From: Azolla caroliniana
Lineage: Eukaryota > Plantae > Polypodiophyta
Assembly: GCA_043228905.1 (NCBI GenBank)
Contig: JBHGNT010000018.1
Coordinates: forward strand, 5,580,001-5,644,000
Reading direction: 5' to 3'
Length of the DNA: 64,000 nt
Of the stretch, positions 36,702 through 50,981 are shown in pieces; the first letter of the stretch is position 1; every line of letters starts with the position of its first letter. Below the pieces are notes generated by a model. It saw only the letters and a list, made by a program, of their open reading frames with translations, did not search any database and was not told where the DNA came from. A program made the translations under genes and the position numbers.

Positions 36702-39700
36702 TGTGAATGTAAACGTGCAGAAGCGTTAGACAGAACCGGCTCAGCCGGATAGCAACAGAGAATAAGATGAAGGTTTAATGGAGTAGCTTAACACACAGAG
36801 AATACGCGTGCGAGAGACAGAGAAATAGAGAGAGAGAAAAACATAAACTCAATTCAAAAAAAACTCTAAAACTCTATACATACAACGTGTTAAACAACAC
36901 TATTTATACAAGTCCATAAGGACTGACAGAAGTACTGATAGGTACTTCAATATTCCTACGTGTGATTGACACTAACTACGAGACAATGATTACCTAGTAG
37001 TCTAGGCTACTACTAGGCTTCCAGTTCCCGCTCGAATCCGGCTCTCCGATCCTTCTCCCCGATCCAGCCGGTTGTTTCTGAATACCGATCTGGCTCATCC
37101 TTCCGGATGTCAATCTGGATCCGGTTGGGCTTGCTCGCTCAACACTACCCCTCAAGCTCAACTTGAGGTTGGATCGTGGTGTTAGTGTTTGCAGCAGCCA
37201 GTTCTTCTACCCGGCTCCCTCTGGCGTTGCTCTGCCTTGCTCGCGCTCCTTGTCTAGTTCGGTCTTGTTTGTCGTGACCCATCTGGTTCTGCTCACCTCG
37301 ACCTCCTCAGTCAGCTTGTCTGCTCAAGAGGCCCATTTCAGCTCCCTCGTTGCGGCCACACCGGTGCTTGTCGACCCTTTGGTTCCTTCGTGTTGGCGTC
37401 GACTTCCGTTGCGTCCATGTCTGTTTGGCCTTTAGTTGATCCGGCTTCTCCGAATCTTGAACCGAATCGGTTTCCTTCGATTCTTTCCAGCTCTTGTCCG
37501 AATTGGTCGCTCCCGATTCGTTTTCTGAGGTGCTTTACTATATCAGACCATGTCCGAGTCTTGGCCTTCTCCTTCCGGTCAGCTTTGTCCTTCTTGACTC
37601 TACCGCCACTGCTACTCCTTCCGACTTGTTCGGATGTGCCGACTTCCTTTGTCGACTCAACTTCCTTTCTCCCTTTGTCTCCCCCTTTGTTGGTTCTTTC
37701 TTCTTCCCCGTCTCCTTGTCTGGTGCCATCCGTTCCCCTTTCCTTTTCTCCCCCTCAAGTGCGGCACATCGAGATGCTTAATACCGAGCATCTCCGAAAA
37801 ATGTTGCAACTTGTCCAATCCTAGCGGCTTGGTGAAGATGTCGGCAACCTGCCGATCCATGTGAACATACTGAAGTTCAACTTCACTACTCAAGACCCGC
37901 TCGTGAACAAAGTGATAATGCACTTCTCTGTGCTTTGTCCGAGCATGGAATACAGGGTTCTTGGCAAGATGAATGTTGCTCATATTGTCACAGTAGATCA
38001 GGATCGGGGTCGGTACCTCAATCCAGAGGTCACGCAGTAGTAGTCGAAGCTAGATGGCTTCACAGGTGGCATTGGTAGCGCCCCGGTACTCAACCTTAGT
38101 GCTCAACAAAGCCACTGTTGGCTGCTTTTTGTTGTTCCATGCAACAGTCGCGCTACCTAGAGAAAACATGTAACAGGAGGTGGATTGGCGATCCGATGCA
38201 TCACCAGCCCAGTCGGCATCTGTGAATCCGACTAGCTCTTCAGTTATACCATGCCAGTATAACAGTCCCCAGTCCTTCGTGCCGCTCACATACCGGAGTA
38301 TCCAGTGTGCGCACTGAAGGTGCTCGAAGGTCGGCTTCTACATGAACTAGCTAATCACTCCGACTAGGTAACTGATGTTGAGTCGAGTGATTGTTAGGTA
38401 TATGAGGCTTCCGACAATTTGTCGGAACCGTTTCTCATCGCAGGCTGGTCTGAAGTTGGGACGGAGCTTCTAGTTCCAGTTCAAGGGTGTCGAGATAGGT
38501 CGGCATTCCGGCATGCCGAACTTGTACAGCATATTCAACACGTAGTGTTGTTGTGAGAACAATATGCCATTAGGGGTTCGGATCACCTCGATCCCAAGAA
38601 AATAATGAAGGTCCCCCAGGTGCTTCATTTCAAATGAGTCCAACAGTTGGGACTTCCCTCGGCCGATTTCAATGAGGCCGGGTCCGGTGATGACTAAATC
38701 ATCTACATAAAGTAAGATGCAAACCGGACCATCCGGACCTTGTCGAATGAACAACGAGGAGTCGGATTTAGAGTTCACAAACCCCATCTTACGCAACCGG
38801 TGCGTGATCTTCACATTCCAAGCTCGGGGGACTTGTTTCAGATCGTAATGCGACTTCTTAAGCCGGCACACCGCCGACTTGTTCATCTCCGACTGAAAAC
38901 TGAGGGGTTGGATCATATAAACCCATTCTTCAAGGTCACCTTGAAGAAACGCATTCTTCACGTCCATTTCGTGAAGATGCCATCCCCTTGTCGCAGCAAC
39001 TGCTAGTACCACACGAACCGTCGTCATCTTCGCTACCGAAGCAAAGGTCTCATCGTAGTCGATTCCATGGGTTTGTGTGTATCCCTTCGCCATTAACCTG
39101 GCCTTGTACCGGTTAACCGAACCATTGGCATTGTACTTTACCTTGTACACCCATTTGCAACCTATCAGTTTACAGTGTCAGGGAGGGTCAACGAGGTCCC
39201 ATGTGTCGTTGGCATCGAGTGCCCGCATTTCTTCTTCCATAGTGGCATGCCAATTTGCGTCCTTTGTCGCTTCTGCGTAGCTCTCCGGCTCATGCACTTC
39301 CGCCACTTTGGTTATGTACGCATAGTGATGTGCCATGTACTCATTGTACCCGTATAGCGTAATGGGGTTCTTCTGGCAGGAAGACCGGCGTAACTTGTCA
39401 TCACCCGGTTTGGGGCCCTTCTTGTCCAGTTCGGACTTCATTCCCAAAGATCCGCCTTCATCCTTTTCGGAGTCGGAGTCGCTCTGATCTGACTCAACGT
39501 TGTCGGTTTCGTATTTTGGCATCTTCTTCTTCCCCTTCTCTTTGCGTGTGAACCGTCTCCGGTTCTTTGCACAAGGAAAGCAGAGCAGAGTCCCCACTAC
39601 TCGCCGGTTCTTCATCCAACTGGTCATCTCGACTCAGCCGCTCATTCGGTCCACTGAGCCGGAATGAGATCGGACTCTCTTCTAGAGTGCCGAAGTCTTC

Positions 39701-42417
39701 ATCTTCTAAATGGACCTCCTCGGGCTCACTAGCCTCATCTTCCGGAATCGGGTCTTCGTTGGTAGTTGGAGTCGGTAAGGAGTACCATGATGTCGTCTCA
39801 TCAGACTCGACATCTCAGCTTACTCAGACCTGCTTAGTCTGAGGGTTATAGTACTTATACCCCTTCTGCTCATGCGAGTAGCCGACTAGGATGCATTTCT
39901 CCGACTTCGGATCTAGCTTCTTCCGCTTCTCATCTGGTACATGCACATATGCTATGCTACCGAATATCTGAAGGTCTCTCAAATTCGGCTTCCACCCGAA
40001 ATACAACTCATGTGATGACACATTCTCTTCGATCCGGTTTTGGATGTAGACAGTCGTCAGGACCGCCTCAACCCAGTAGAATTGGGGCATGCTCTTCTCC
40101 TCCAACATTGCCCTTGCCGCGTCGACAATCGACCGGTTCTTCCTTTTGGCCACACCATTTTGCTCCGGTGTGTATCTATAGCTAAATTCTCTCCGAATTC
40201 CGTTCTGTTGCAGATAATTGTTGAATTGGCCGGAAAAGTATTCTTTTCTGTCATCCAACCGCAGGCACTTGATCTTCCTCTCTGTTTCCCGTTCAACCAA
40301 GCTTTGAAGGTCCTGGAAGCACTCGAAGACTTCACACTTCCTCTCAATTAGGTAGATCCATGTGTGCCGACTGTAGTCGTCAATAAAGGAGACGAAGTAT
40401 CAACTCCCGCCAAGACTAACGTTTTGTGTCGGTCCCCATACATCCAAATGGATTAGATCGAGCTTGTTACGGCTCCGGTTTCTTTTGGTAGGGAATGGAA
40501 GCCGGTGTTGCTTCCCGATTTGGCAGGCTTCACAAATTTCGGCCTGCCGGCCGCTAAATTTCGGCAAACCGAAGACAACTTGTTTCGATTGCAGGTCTTG
40601 AAGCCTCTGGTAGTTGACGTGGCCGATCCTCTTGTGCCACAGGTCGATGTCTGACTCGACCTTCTGCCCTTTGGCAAACATGGCAGTGCCAACGTCATTG
40701 GTGTTGAGGATGAACATCCTCCCTTCTATATGCCCTTGTGCAATTATCTGGCCTTCTTCATCAATGAAGCACCCGAGGTGCGCCTACATTCCCTAGTCGA
40801 TGATTGTCCAACCGACACCGGGTTCTTTGTGATTGTCGGAATGTGTAGTACGTTCATCAGCTTCCCCTTTTGTCTAGCATGGCTTAAAGAGACTTCTCCG
40901 ACATGCACAATCGGGTGAGGGGTGTCATCTCCAGTTTCGACATTCCCCGGTTGTTCCGGTTTCTCCAAAAAAAAGAACCACTCTTCATGGCTCGTCATGT
41001 GGTTGGACGCACCAGAATCAACGTACCATACTTCCTCCGATTTGGAAGTAGACTTCTTCATCTAGTTAGCCTTGTGCTTCATCACGAAGGTTGGCCCTTT
41101 ACCGATTTTCCCGGCTCCGGATCCTTCCGAGTAGTGCGATCTTTGCCGGTTCTCCCGACTGGTTTTGCCGGATCCGGATTTGTCCAAGTCGGCGCACTTC
41201 TTCCAGCACTCGCTTTCCCTGTGGCCCTTTTTGCCACAGTACCAGCATTCTGTATCGGCCTTTCCTTGCCGGTTCACGGTGCTGCTTTGACTCCCCCTGC
41301 TTGTCGAGGGTCCAGAACTATTGTCGGCACTACCTCTGTGCCTCGGTCCTACTCTTGTCGGCCACCTCCATTGTGTGCCGACCCACCTCGTCCACCATGT
41401 TCATGGGGCCGATCTGTCTCCGTATACAGCATTCGGGCATCCAATTGAGTGGTCCTTGCTCCACTCGCGTGGTTTTCCTCGACCATCAGCATCGATTGCA
41501 AGTCGAAGAAAGAGGTGGTTTCTCCCGGGTGTAGATCGTTGTTCGGATTGGCCCGTACCTTTGCGCTAGACCACCGAGCCAGATTTGGACCATCTCATCT
41601 TCGTCCACCATCACGTTGATGGACCCGAGCGCGTCACAAATCTCCTTTATCTTGGTGGTGTAGTCCATAACCAACATGTCTCTTTGCCGGATGTTGTTCA
41701 GCTCTTACTGGAGTTGCACCTTACGGGTTGTGGTACTCGCGGCAAAAATCTTCCTCAAATTTTCCCAAGCCTCCTTCGACGTCTTTGCATCCTTGATGTA
41801 GCCGAGCATCTGATCGTGCACACAGGACGCGATGCAGTACAATACTCGGCTCGCTCCTTGCTCCCATACCAAGAAGTCATTGTGTGTTGGCTCCGACGCT
41901 ACCTTGTTCGTTCCTTCCACGAAACTCCAATATCCATGCCCCAGTAGGTACTGGTGCATTTTATATGTCCAGGACACGTAGTTGCTCCGGTTGAGCTTCT
42001 CTATTGGAAGTGAACTTGCCATTCCTCTATCCATAACTTCTCTCTGTCTGTTGTTACCGGGTTCTAGGGTTCGTCTACGAAAGCAAGTGTCGGCTACAAA
42101 GGTTCTCAACTCTCGCGCTCTGATACCATGTGAATGTAAACGTGCGGAAGCATTAGACAAAACTGGCTCAGCAGGATAGTAATAGAGAATAAGATGAAGG
42201 TTTAATGGAGTAGCTTAACACATAGAGAATACGCATGGGAGAGACAAAGAGAGAGAGAGAGCATAACATAAACTCAATTCAAAAAAAACTCTAAAACTCT
42301 GTACATACAACGTGCTAAACAACATTATTTATACAAGTCCATAAGGACTGACAAAAGTACTGATAGGTACTTCAATATTCCTACGTGCGATTGACACTAA
42401 CTACGAGACAATGATTA
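36702..42417 (-). mobile_element. Near-complete Ty1/Copia Z (3' LTR 36702-37144; 5' LTR 42129-42417, truncated)
   Basis: Paired LTRs roughly 93% identical by eye; PBS TGGTATCAGAGC 42128-42117; PPT 37156-37145; gag-PR(VDSGASNH)-IN-RT(YVDD)-RH(DADWAG) with stops. Confidence 0.95.
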
Positions 42418-42720
42418 GGGAAACCAGGCTCACTAACTTGAGCAATCTTGAGTAGGCTCAACATCGACGAAAAGCCTTTGTCAACCAACACAGACAATGC
42501 AACGAGCAACTAGTTGGGATTGGCAAAGTCGTCTTGGCCTTCGAGACTCAACTCGGCCATATGTCAGGAAAAGATTGGTTTGGCTGGATCAGACCCTTCT
42601 GGATTGTCGATGAATTCAACGGGACATACCAACTCGACACTTTAGTCGGCGACGTCATGCCAAAATGGGTCAATGGTTTTCGACTAAAACCCTACCTCGG
42701 GGACACACCGTCGAACCCCT
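42418..42720 (+). mobile_element. Gypsy integrase C-terminal (GPY/F) fragment
   Basis: W..PFWIV...NGTYQL..L.G......NGFRLKPY motif. Confidence 0.7.
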
Positions 42721-42828
42721 TTTCCAAGAGAACACGAAAACATGCATCGACGGTGGTAGGTCAAAAGGTGGCTAATAACCTTGCCTTGTCACAATCACAG
42801 TAGCAACCCAACCTACCATAATGTATAT

Positions 42829-45800
42829 TGTAAAGAATGAGAGACGTAAGTGGTGTTGTGCAACGGAAGCGAGTTGTGTGTGTGTGAGTGCATATAAGGA
42901 AAGAGAGAGAGAGAGAGAGAGAGAGCATGACAAGGAAGTTGTATTAGTAAAAAGATAGATTACATCCAACAATAACTAAGTAACAAAAGGTTGGTTTAAA
43001 TACCAACTGATCTAGGGCAAGTGCCCTTTCTACTAATTTCAAAACTAGCCTAGTATGATGTCCATTGACTAGTGTGAACACTATCTCTAAGGGAAGTTGA
43101 GTTCAATTCTCAACGCACCCCTTCGAACACAACTTCCAGACGTCAAAAAGTTAGTTCGGTTTGCTCCTCGGGAATCTTCGATTCGGCTGGATCAGCTTTC
43201 GAAAGGGTAGTGGACATGACTTGCGATTTCGATTGTTCGATTGTTATGTCTTTGTTCGGCTCGATTATCATCGTACTTTGACTCCTCTAGTCGGCTTCGA
43301 TCGACTGATCGGCTGTTGTTGACTTCGGCGATTATTGCTATTTTTTGGTACTCCCCCTCAAGCACAGCTGATCGGTGATCAAGAGACCAAGGTTCATCGC
43401 GAACTACCACAGCTTGTTGATGCCCAGTGCTTTTGTGAAGATGTCGGCCACCTGAAGGTTCGTGGTAATGTGCTGTAAGTCGATATCTCCAGTCTGAAAC
43501 CGTTCCCGAATGAAGTGGTAGTGCACTTCGATATGTTTAGTCCGCGCGTGGAACATGGGGTTCCGAGCCAGGTCAATACTGCTCATATTGTCGCAATATA
43601 GGAGAATCGGATCCTTGATGGGAATGCCCAGATCCTTCAAAATGTGTTTGAGCCAAACAACTTCGCATGTGGCGACCGTCGTGCCCCTGTATTTGGCTTC
43701 CGTGCTCCACAGTGCGACTGTCGACTGTTTCTTACTACTCCAGGAGATCGCTCTGTTGCCGAGGGAGAAGATGAATTTGGAGGTCGATCGTCTATCAGCC
43801 TTAAAGTCGGCCCAGTTCACATTTGTGTACCCTTCGAGCCAGATGATCCTATCTATCTTGTATAGGATGCCAAAATCCATTGTCCCACGGACATATCAAA
43901 GTACCCTCTTAGCGCAATCGAGATGTTCATTGCGAGGATTCTACATGAATTTGATAAGAATATGTCCCTCCAGTGGGAGGAGCCGATTGTTCGGGCCGAG
44001 CACCGATGGTTTAAGAGTCAACTGCGAGGGAATCGACTGTGAGAGTTGACTGGGTGAGTCAACAGAAAGGAGATCCAGGTTGAAGACGCAACCGACTAGT
44101 CGGGCCGACCAAATGGTCAATGACCAGGCCGACTAGTCAGACCAACTTGACAGTTGATCCTAGAGTCAGATGATAGCTACTTATTATTATTATAGATAAT
44201 AATAGTAGTGATGTTAGTAGGGGCTACATTTGTAAATAGCAAATACTATGTTTTAGTATAAATACACCTAAGGCAAACGTTATAGACAGATTGTGAGAAT
44301 AGTGTGTGTGATCCTCTATTGTAGTTAACGATAGAGAAGAGTGAGAACATGAAGAGTGACTGAGCGAGCGGCGTCGTAGCTGTGTTCTGGAACAGCATAC
44401 GCCAAGAGCCCTGTGCGGCTGATACAGTCGGTGTAGAGAGTGTTGTACTCTAATCTCGTCATTATATATCCACTATATAGTGAAGCTCCGTTCTCCGTGG
44501 TTTTCTCCCGGTTTAGGGTTTCCACGTAAAATCTGTGTACACTTTCTTCTGTGTTTCTGAACTGTGTATTTCAACGCATTCCTTCTTGTAGATTGACAAT
44601 TCGTTTCTCAATAGAATTAGCTAAGTATGCTGACTGAATAGCTGAGGTCAGGTCGTGTGATGGTTAGATAGATCGGGCTAACGATCATTTGTCGATACTG
44701 AGTCGACTCACACTCTTCTGTCCCTAAATCGGCATCGAGTTTGAGATTTCGATCAAGAGGGGTAGACACAGGTTTGCACTCAGTCATCCCGAACTTATAG
44801 AGTAAGTTAAGAATGTAGTGTCGTTGAGAGATCAATATCCCGACTAGTGTCCAAATTACTTCAATGCCAAGGAAGTAATGGATCTCGTGCATCTTTCCTT
44901 TCGAATCTGCTGGAGAGGAGTGATTTGACCTTATTAATGTCATCGAGATCCTTTCCTCCGATGACCAGATCATCCATGTACAAGATGATGGCAATCGGGT
45001 TGTTTGACTCATTTCGGATGTATAGAGAGTTGTCCGATTTCGACTATCGGAAGCCGACTTGGTGAAGATACTGGGTGATCTGAGAATGCCAAGCACGTGG
45101 TGCTTGCTTTAGACCATATAAAGGCTTCCAGAGTTGGCAGACTAGTTTCAGGTGTTTGCTTGATTCGAAACTGGGTGGTTGAAATCATGAAGTCCTCGTT
45201 TAATTCACCTTGTAGGAAGGCGTTCTTTACGTCCATCTGATGGAGATGCCACCCTTTTTCAGCCGCGAGAGCAATGACTATCTGAATAGTCGTCATCTTT
45301 GCAACTAGGGCAAAGGTCTCCTTGTAATCGACTCCATGTGTTTGATCATATCGCTTAGCTACAAGTCGTGCATTATATTTTACCTTATAGATCCATCTAC
45401 AGCTGATTTCTTTCTTACTTGAAGTATGGGGGATGAGATCCCATGTCTTGTTTTTGCTTAAAGCTTGCATTTCTTCATTCATGGTTTTGATCCATCACAG
45501 ATCCTTGGCTGCCTCGGAAAAGGTTTCCGGTTCTTGAACACCTTCATCATAAAGGCATAGTGGTATGCCATATACTCATTGTAACTAAATCTGCTAACTG
45601 GGTTTTTCTCTCGAGTGGAGCGACGGAGCTTCTCGTTTGCAGAGTCTAAGGCTTTCTTCGCTCCATTTGTCCGAATGGTTGGGATGTCCATGCCTTTGAA
45701 CTCACTGTCAAGGGAGTGAGTTGGCTCGTTGTCAATTGGATCTTCGCATTCCAACATCTTGGCCTTCCCTTTGTCGAGTTTCGGATTCGGATGAGATGTG

Positions 45801-46730
45801 CTTTGGTCACTTGGGGATTCCTGTGGTCCACTAAGTTGTGTCGTAATCGAACTTCCTTTGAACATGTGTCTAAGTCGAAATTAGTCTTCTATCTCTCGTT
45901 CAGCCGATTCCGGGTCGACTGGAGTCGAAATCGGGGTCGTCTCTGGGTCGTACCGGGATGTCGACTCATCGAAAACGATGTCTTGACTTACTCGAACTTT
46001 TTGGGTAAAAGGATTGTAACATTTGTACCCCTTTTGTTCAAGTGAGTACCTTATGAGGATACATTTCTCCAAGTTCGGGTCGAGCTTTTGTCGCTTCTCG
46101 TCGGGAATATGCACGTATGTGATAAAGCCGAATATCAGGATATGTGATAGATCCGGCTTCTTTCCAAAGAACTTCTCATGAGGGGTTACTTCATGTACCC
46201 CAGAGGTTGTACATCTGTTCAAGAGATAGACGGTTGTGTTAGTTGCTTCTGCCCAGTATGATTTCCGTAGGTTCTTCTCGTTCATCATGGCCCTTGCCAC
46301 TTCTACTATGTGCCGATTCTTTCATTTGACTACTCCATTTTGTTGAGGTGTGTGTTAGCATGAGAATTCTCATCAAATTCTTTCCTTTCGGAGGTACGCC
46401 GTAAAATCATCCAAGAAATACTCCTTGCCTCCATCCGATCGAAAGCATCGAACATGCCGACTTGTGGCTTTTTCAACTTCACTTTTAAACCTTTGGAAGT
46501 GTTCGAATACTTCACTCTTCTGCTGCATCGGACAGATCCAAACCTGCCTCGAGAAGTCGTCAATAAATGTGACATAGTATCGACATCCACCAAATGTAGT
46601 TGTCTGTGCCGGTCCCCATACATTTGAATGTATGACATCCAATATCCCTTTGCTCACATTCCCTTCTTTTGGGAATGGTTGTCAGTGTTGTTTTCCGAAC
46701 TAACAAGCTTCAAATACACCCATCATCATC
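42829..46730 (-). mobile_element. Ty1/Copia W (3' LTR 42829-43115, IN-RT-RH), 5' truncated
   Basis: HSNVWGP, QMDVKNAFLQG, YCDNMSSI, ADIFTKAL; PPT at 43116-43125. Confidence 0.9.
43952..44613 (+). mobile_element. Solo LTR (Tork-like family) with 5-bp TSD GAATT
   Basis: GAATT at 43947-43951 and 44614-44618; homologous to 9949-10497; splits the RT of Copia W. Confidence 0.93.
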
Positions 46731-48131
46731 TCCCTTCTCAATCGTAATCTCACGAGCCCGTGGTTGGTTATCTTCCAACATGGCTCTTGGTCTCATAATT
46801 GGTTCTGAAACCCTCTTCTCTTCATTACTAAGCCATTTCCCCCTCTTTGTGTATCGTGCAACGATGTACCACACATTTCCCATGTATTGGTCAGGCCAGT
46901 CTCAGTAGTCATATCCACTAGAAGCACTAAAAGATCTTTCCGGTCCCGGACATCCACAGCTCATAAGAACATGATCTCTTTCTAGGGTACAAGCATAGCT
47001 TGATCTCTCATGGACAACCTCCCGAATCAACTTTCGAATGCCGAAAACACATCGAGGACCTTCAGCCCCTTGTCTAGTGTTTCCACCCAATCTTCGAATC
47101 CCCTCCGAGTTTCCTTGGAGAAGTCCTCAATACCAAACGTAGCCTTCAACGCTTCTTCAAACACTTCCCACGTCGGATTTTGTTGTCGTATCCTGTGGAT
47201 ACTCCCTTGAAGCCCATCCGTAGCCACCCGATTGAAGGATGTCACTTGCAATCCTTTCAATATCCCACATCGCAGCATCTCTGCCTCGTAGTCTCGTAGA
47301 TAACAGCACACATCCTCGTATATCCCACCGATGCAAGAGTCACTCTACCGCCGCTGCGACCTCCGACATCGCGTGTTGCTCCTGCAACATCCACTCGAAC
47401 ATTGTCATCATGTTGCTCGCCTCTTGTCGATTCTCCATCTCCTTGCCACCCGTTTTCACGTTGGGTTCACCAAATGTGTCATGCCTTTCGGCGTCGGATC
47501 GTTGCGTGAGTCAAGTGGGAACCACTGGGGTTTTGGACTAGGAGGATGGGAATTTGAGACAAATAAGAATGTGAATAGATTGTAACAAAGAGATATAGAA
47601 AACTCGTGAATCCCACAAGTATAATGTATTATCAACATCTTTTAGCAACCCCCCATACATCTTCCTCCTCTTCTTATATAGTGATGGAAGAGGCTAAGTA
47701 TGTCTTACCACATGGCAAGCATCATGTTTTCTCTAAAGTGTTCATGCACACTAGATGTGCATGAATTGCTTTTTTTGTCATGCTTTATTTTTTTCTAATA
47801 ATAGTGTTCATGTATGTGAGATGTGCATGAATAACTTTTTCTTTCATGCGTTTTCTTCTAACTAAAGTTTTATGCACTCTACGTGTAAAAAGTAGCTTTT
47901 CCTATAATTTAAACTTCAGGATAAGCTTTTCTAAATATTAAATCTTTAATTATATTATTCATGTTGAGTTGGTACAATGATAAGGCTTGGGTTTGTTAAC
48001 ATGGAGGTACAAGGTTTGAATCTTGCCCTATGCATGTAATGTATACTTTTGTATTTTCTTCTATTTCTTCATATTTATTTAATCAGGCACTCTGTACATA
48101 TTTCACGTCGTGTACAAATTACACTACGACA
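46731..48131 (-). mobile_element. Second copy of the Ylt1-like Gypsy (5' LTR + gag fragment)
   Basis: YLRDYEAEMLRCGI..LQVTSFNRVATDGLQ matches ~5200; same LTR terminus ...CTACGACA. Confidence 0.9.
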
Positions 48132-48363
48132 TCATGTACAATCATCTACAAATGTGATGAAGTACTAGGAGCCACCTAGTGATCTCTCAAGCATAGGCCC
48201 ACATATATCTGTGTGCATGAGCTCTAGGGGTTGTCGTACCATCTCGTAATGGAGAGAGTGCAGACTTCGGGTCCGTTTCCCGTAGCGACAATGCTCATAG
48301 AAGTCCGTCTTCGCTAGGAGTTTCGGGATGTAGCCGACCGCCATTAGCCAGTCCAGTCCGACT

Positions 48364-49632
48364 TGTTGTTACCGTACGAGATGTACGGGTGATTGATAAT
48401 TGTGATAAGTGAGGGTAAAAGATGTAATGTGTTGATATGTATGTGTAATGTTATACGATTATGAGTGTGAATGTAAGCGTGAGTGTGGTTGATACAAAGA
48501 GGTGTGAGTGAGTGACTAGGTGTGAATGCCAAGGGGACTTGCACTCTTATGTATCTACCCTTTTGTACCTATTTAACCCCTTATGGGGAATGAATGAAGA
48601 CAAGGATATTTCTCTCTCAATCTCTCTCTCTCTTCTCATCTCTCTTTCTCTCTCTCCCCCCTTACGTTGAACCCCTTGGGATGGGGGAGGAGTCATTCTA
48701 GGCACCACCCCCCACCCCTCAATGCTTGTCTTGTTCTTCATGATCTCTCTCAATGCTCATCCCGTCATCATCAATTCCACAATGCTCATCTCCATCATCA
48801 CACCCATCATTATCCTCATGCTATCATAATCCTCTACCCTAACCCTAAAAACCTACAACATTTTTTGGCGACCACAACGGCGAATCCCCTTTGAAAATGG
48901 AGTCCACAAATGATATGTGGTGGTACGATGTGCAAGAGGAAGTCGACAAATGATACTTGTTAATGATGTGTGAGAAAAGCAAAAAATAGTCACAAAGATG
49001 TGCAAAAAATGGAATCGATGACACTACGCGAAAGGCGACGACAATGTGTGAAAGAAGTCCAAAATGGAAGATTAACTGCCGCATAATTCTGCAGTGAATT
49101 AATCTCTATATGTGTATGGGTGATTTATGGGTGATTTATAACTGTGATAAGTGAGGGTGAAAGATGTAATGTGTTGATATGTATGTGTAATGTTATACGA
49201 TTATGAGTGTGAATGTAAGCGTGAGTGTGGTTGATACAAAGAGGTGTGAGTGAGTGGCTAGGTGTGAATGCCAAGGGGACTTGCACTCTTGTGTATCTAC
49301 CCCTTTGTACCTATTTAACCCCTTATGGGGAATGAATGAAGACAAAGATATTTCTCTCTCAATCTCTCTCTCTCTCTCTCTTTTCATCTCTCTTTCTCTC
49401 TCTCTCCCCTTACGTTGAATCCCTTGGGAGGGGGGTGGAGCCATTCTAGGCACCACCCCCCCACCCCTCAATGCTTATCAACACCTTCATCATCTCTCTC
49501 ATCGTCATACTCTTCATCATTTTCATCATTACACTATGTCTATCTTCATTATCAATCTACCATCATTGCTAGCCCTATTCCTATCTTTATCATTATCATA
49601 CCCTAACCCTAAACCTACAACACCTTATGACA
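48364..49632 (+). mobile_element. Small non-autonomous LTR element (TRIM-like): two ~500-bp repeats around ~250 bp internal DNA
   Basis: Repeats at 48364-48860 and ~49120-49622; PBS-like TGGCGACC at ~48866; TSD CGACT/CGCCT, whose removal restores HMSQGGLD. Confidence 0.8.
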
Positions 49633-50456
49633 CGCCTTGTGACATATGGCCAAGTCGGCCCTGCCATAAGTTCGGGTCGGTCATTTCAGTTATGTTCACA
49701 CCCCCTTCTGGATTGATCGTCGTCAATGGATACAAGTTATTGTACTTGTGTCTGTTTCCGATCTTTAGGTTCCCTCGGTTGATCATCCATGCCGATTCAC
49801 TAAGAGTTGTTCTATACCTGTCTTCGGCTAACATGTTGATGGAGACCAGACTTCTTTACAGCACAGGTACATGCCGGACTTGGTGCAGGACAATTGTGTT
49901 GCCATTCGACAATTGAATTGGCACTTCACCTACTCCGGTGATTTTGCATTCCTGCCCATTACCTAGTCGAATTGTGCCGCTAGCGCCGGCTGAATAGTTC
50001 GAAAACCATTCGATGTTAGCAGTCACGTGGAATGTGGCATTAGAGTCCAATAACCACGTATGTGCTTGCGCATTGTAGAGGACATCTCCGATCATCGAGT
50101 CCTCCAGAGAGAGGATTTCCCCTGATCGGGAGTTGGCAACATTTATTTGTTTGTCTATTGGAGAGTGGTGCGAGTCGGATCATCCTTGATTCCGCTCGGA
50201 TCGCTGACCACTCTCTTCCCTCTTGATCAACAGGCAGTCGAAAACATTGTGATCGGCTTTTCTGCAATGGGTGCAGAAATTGCTTGGTCGACGGGTTCTC
50301 GACTTCAACCGCCCCTCGTTTTCGACCGATTGGTATTCAAACCGGTTTTGCCGGCTTGTTTTCTCGATACACTTAATCGGTCGATCGGCTCGGTCAAGTG
50401 GTGGGTTTCTGTTGTCTCGTCGATGGTGAGTCCCATCGATTTTCGCCTAATATCCT

Positions 50457-50981
<525 letters not shown>

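Noticed and set aside
37163-37824. Antisense or env-like ORFs in the Copia Z 3' region
   Set aside because: Low-complexity pyrimidine-rich translation; no recognisable domain.
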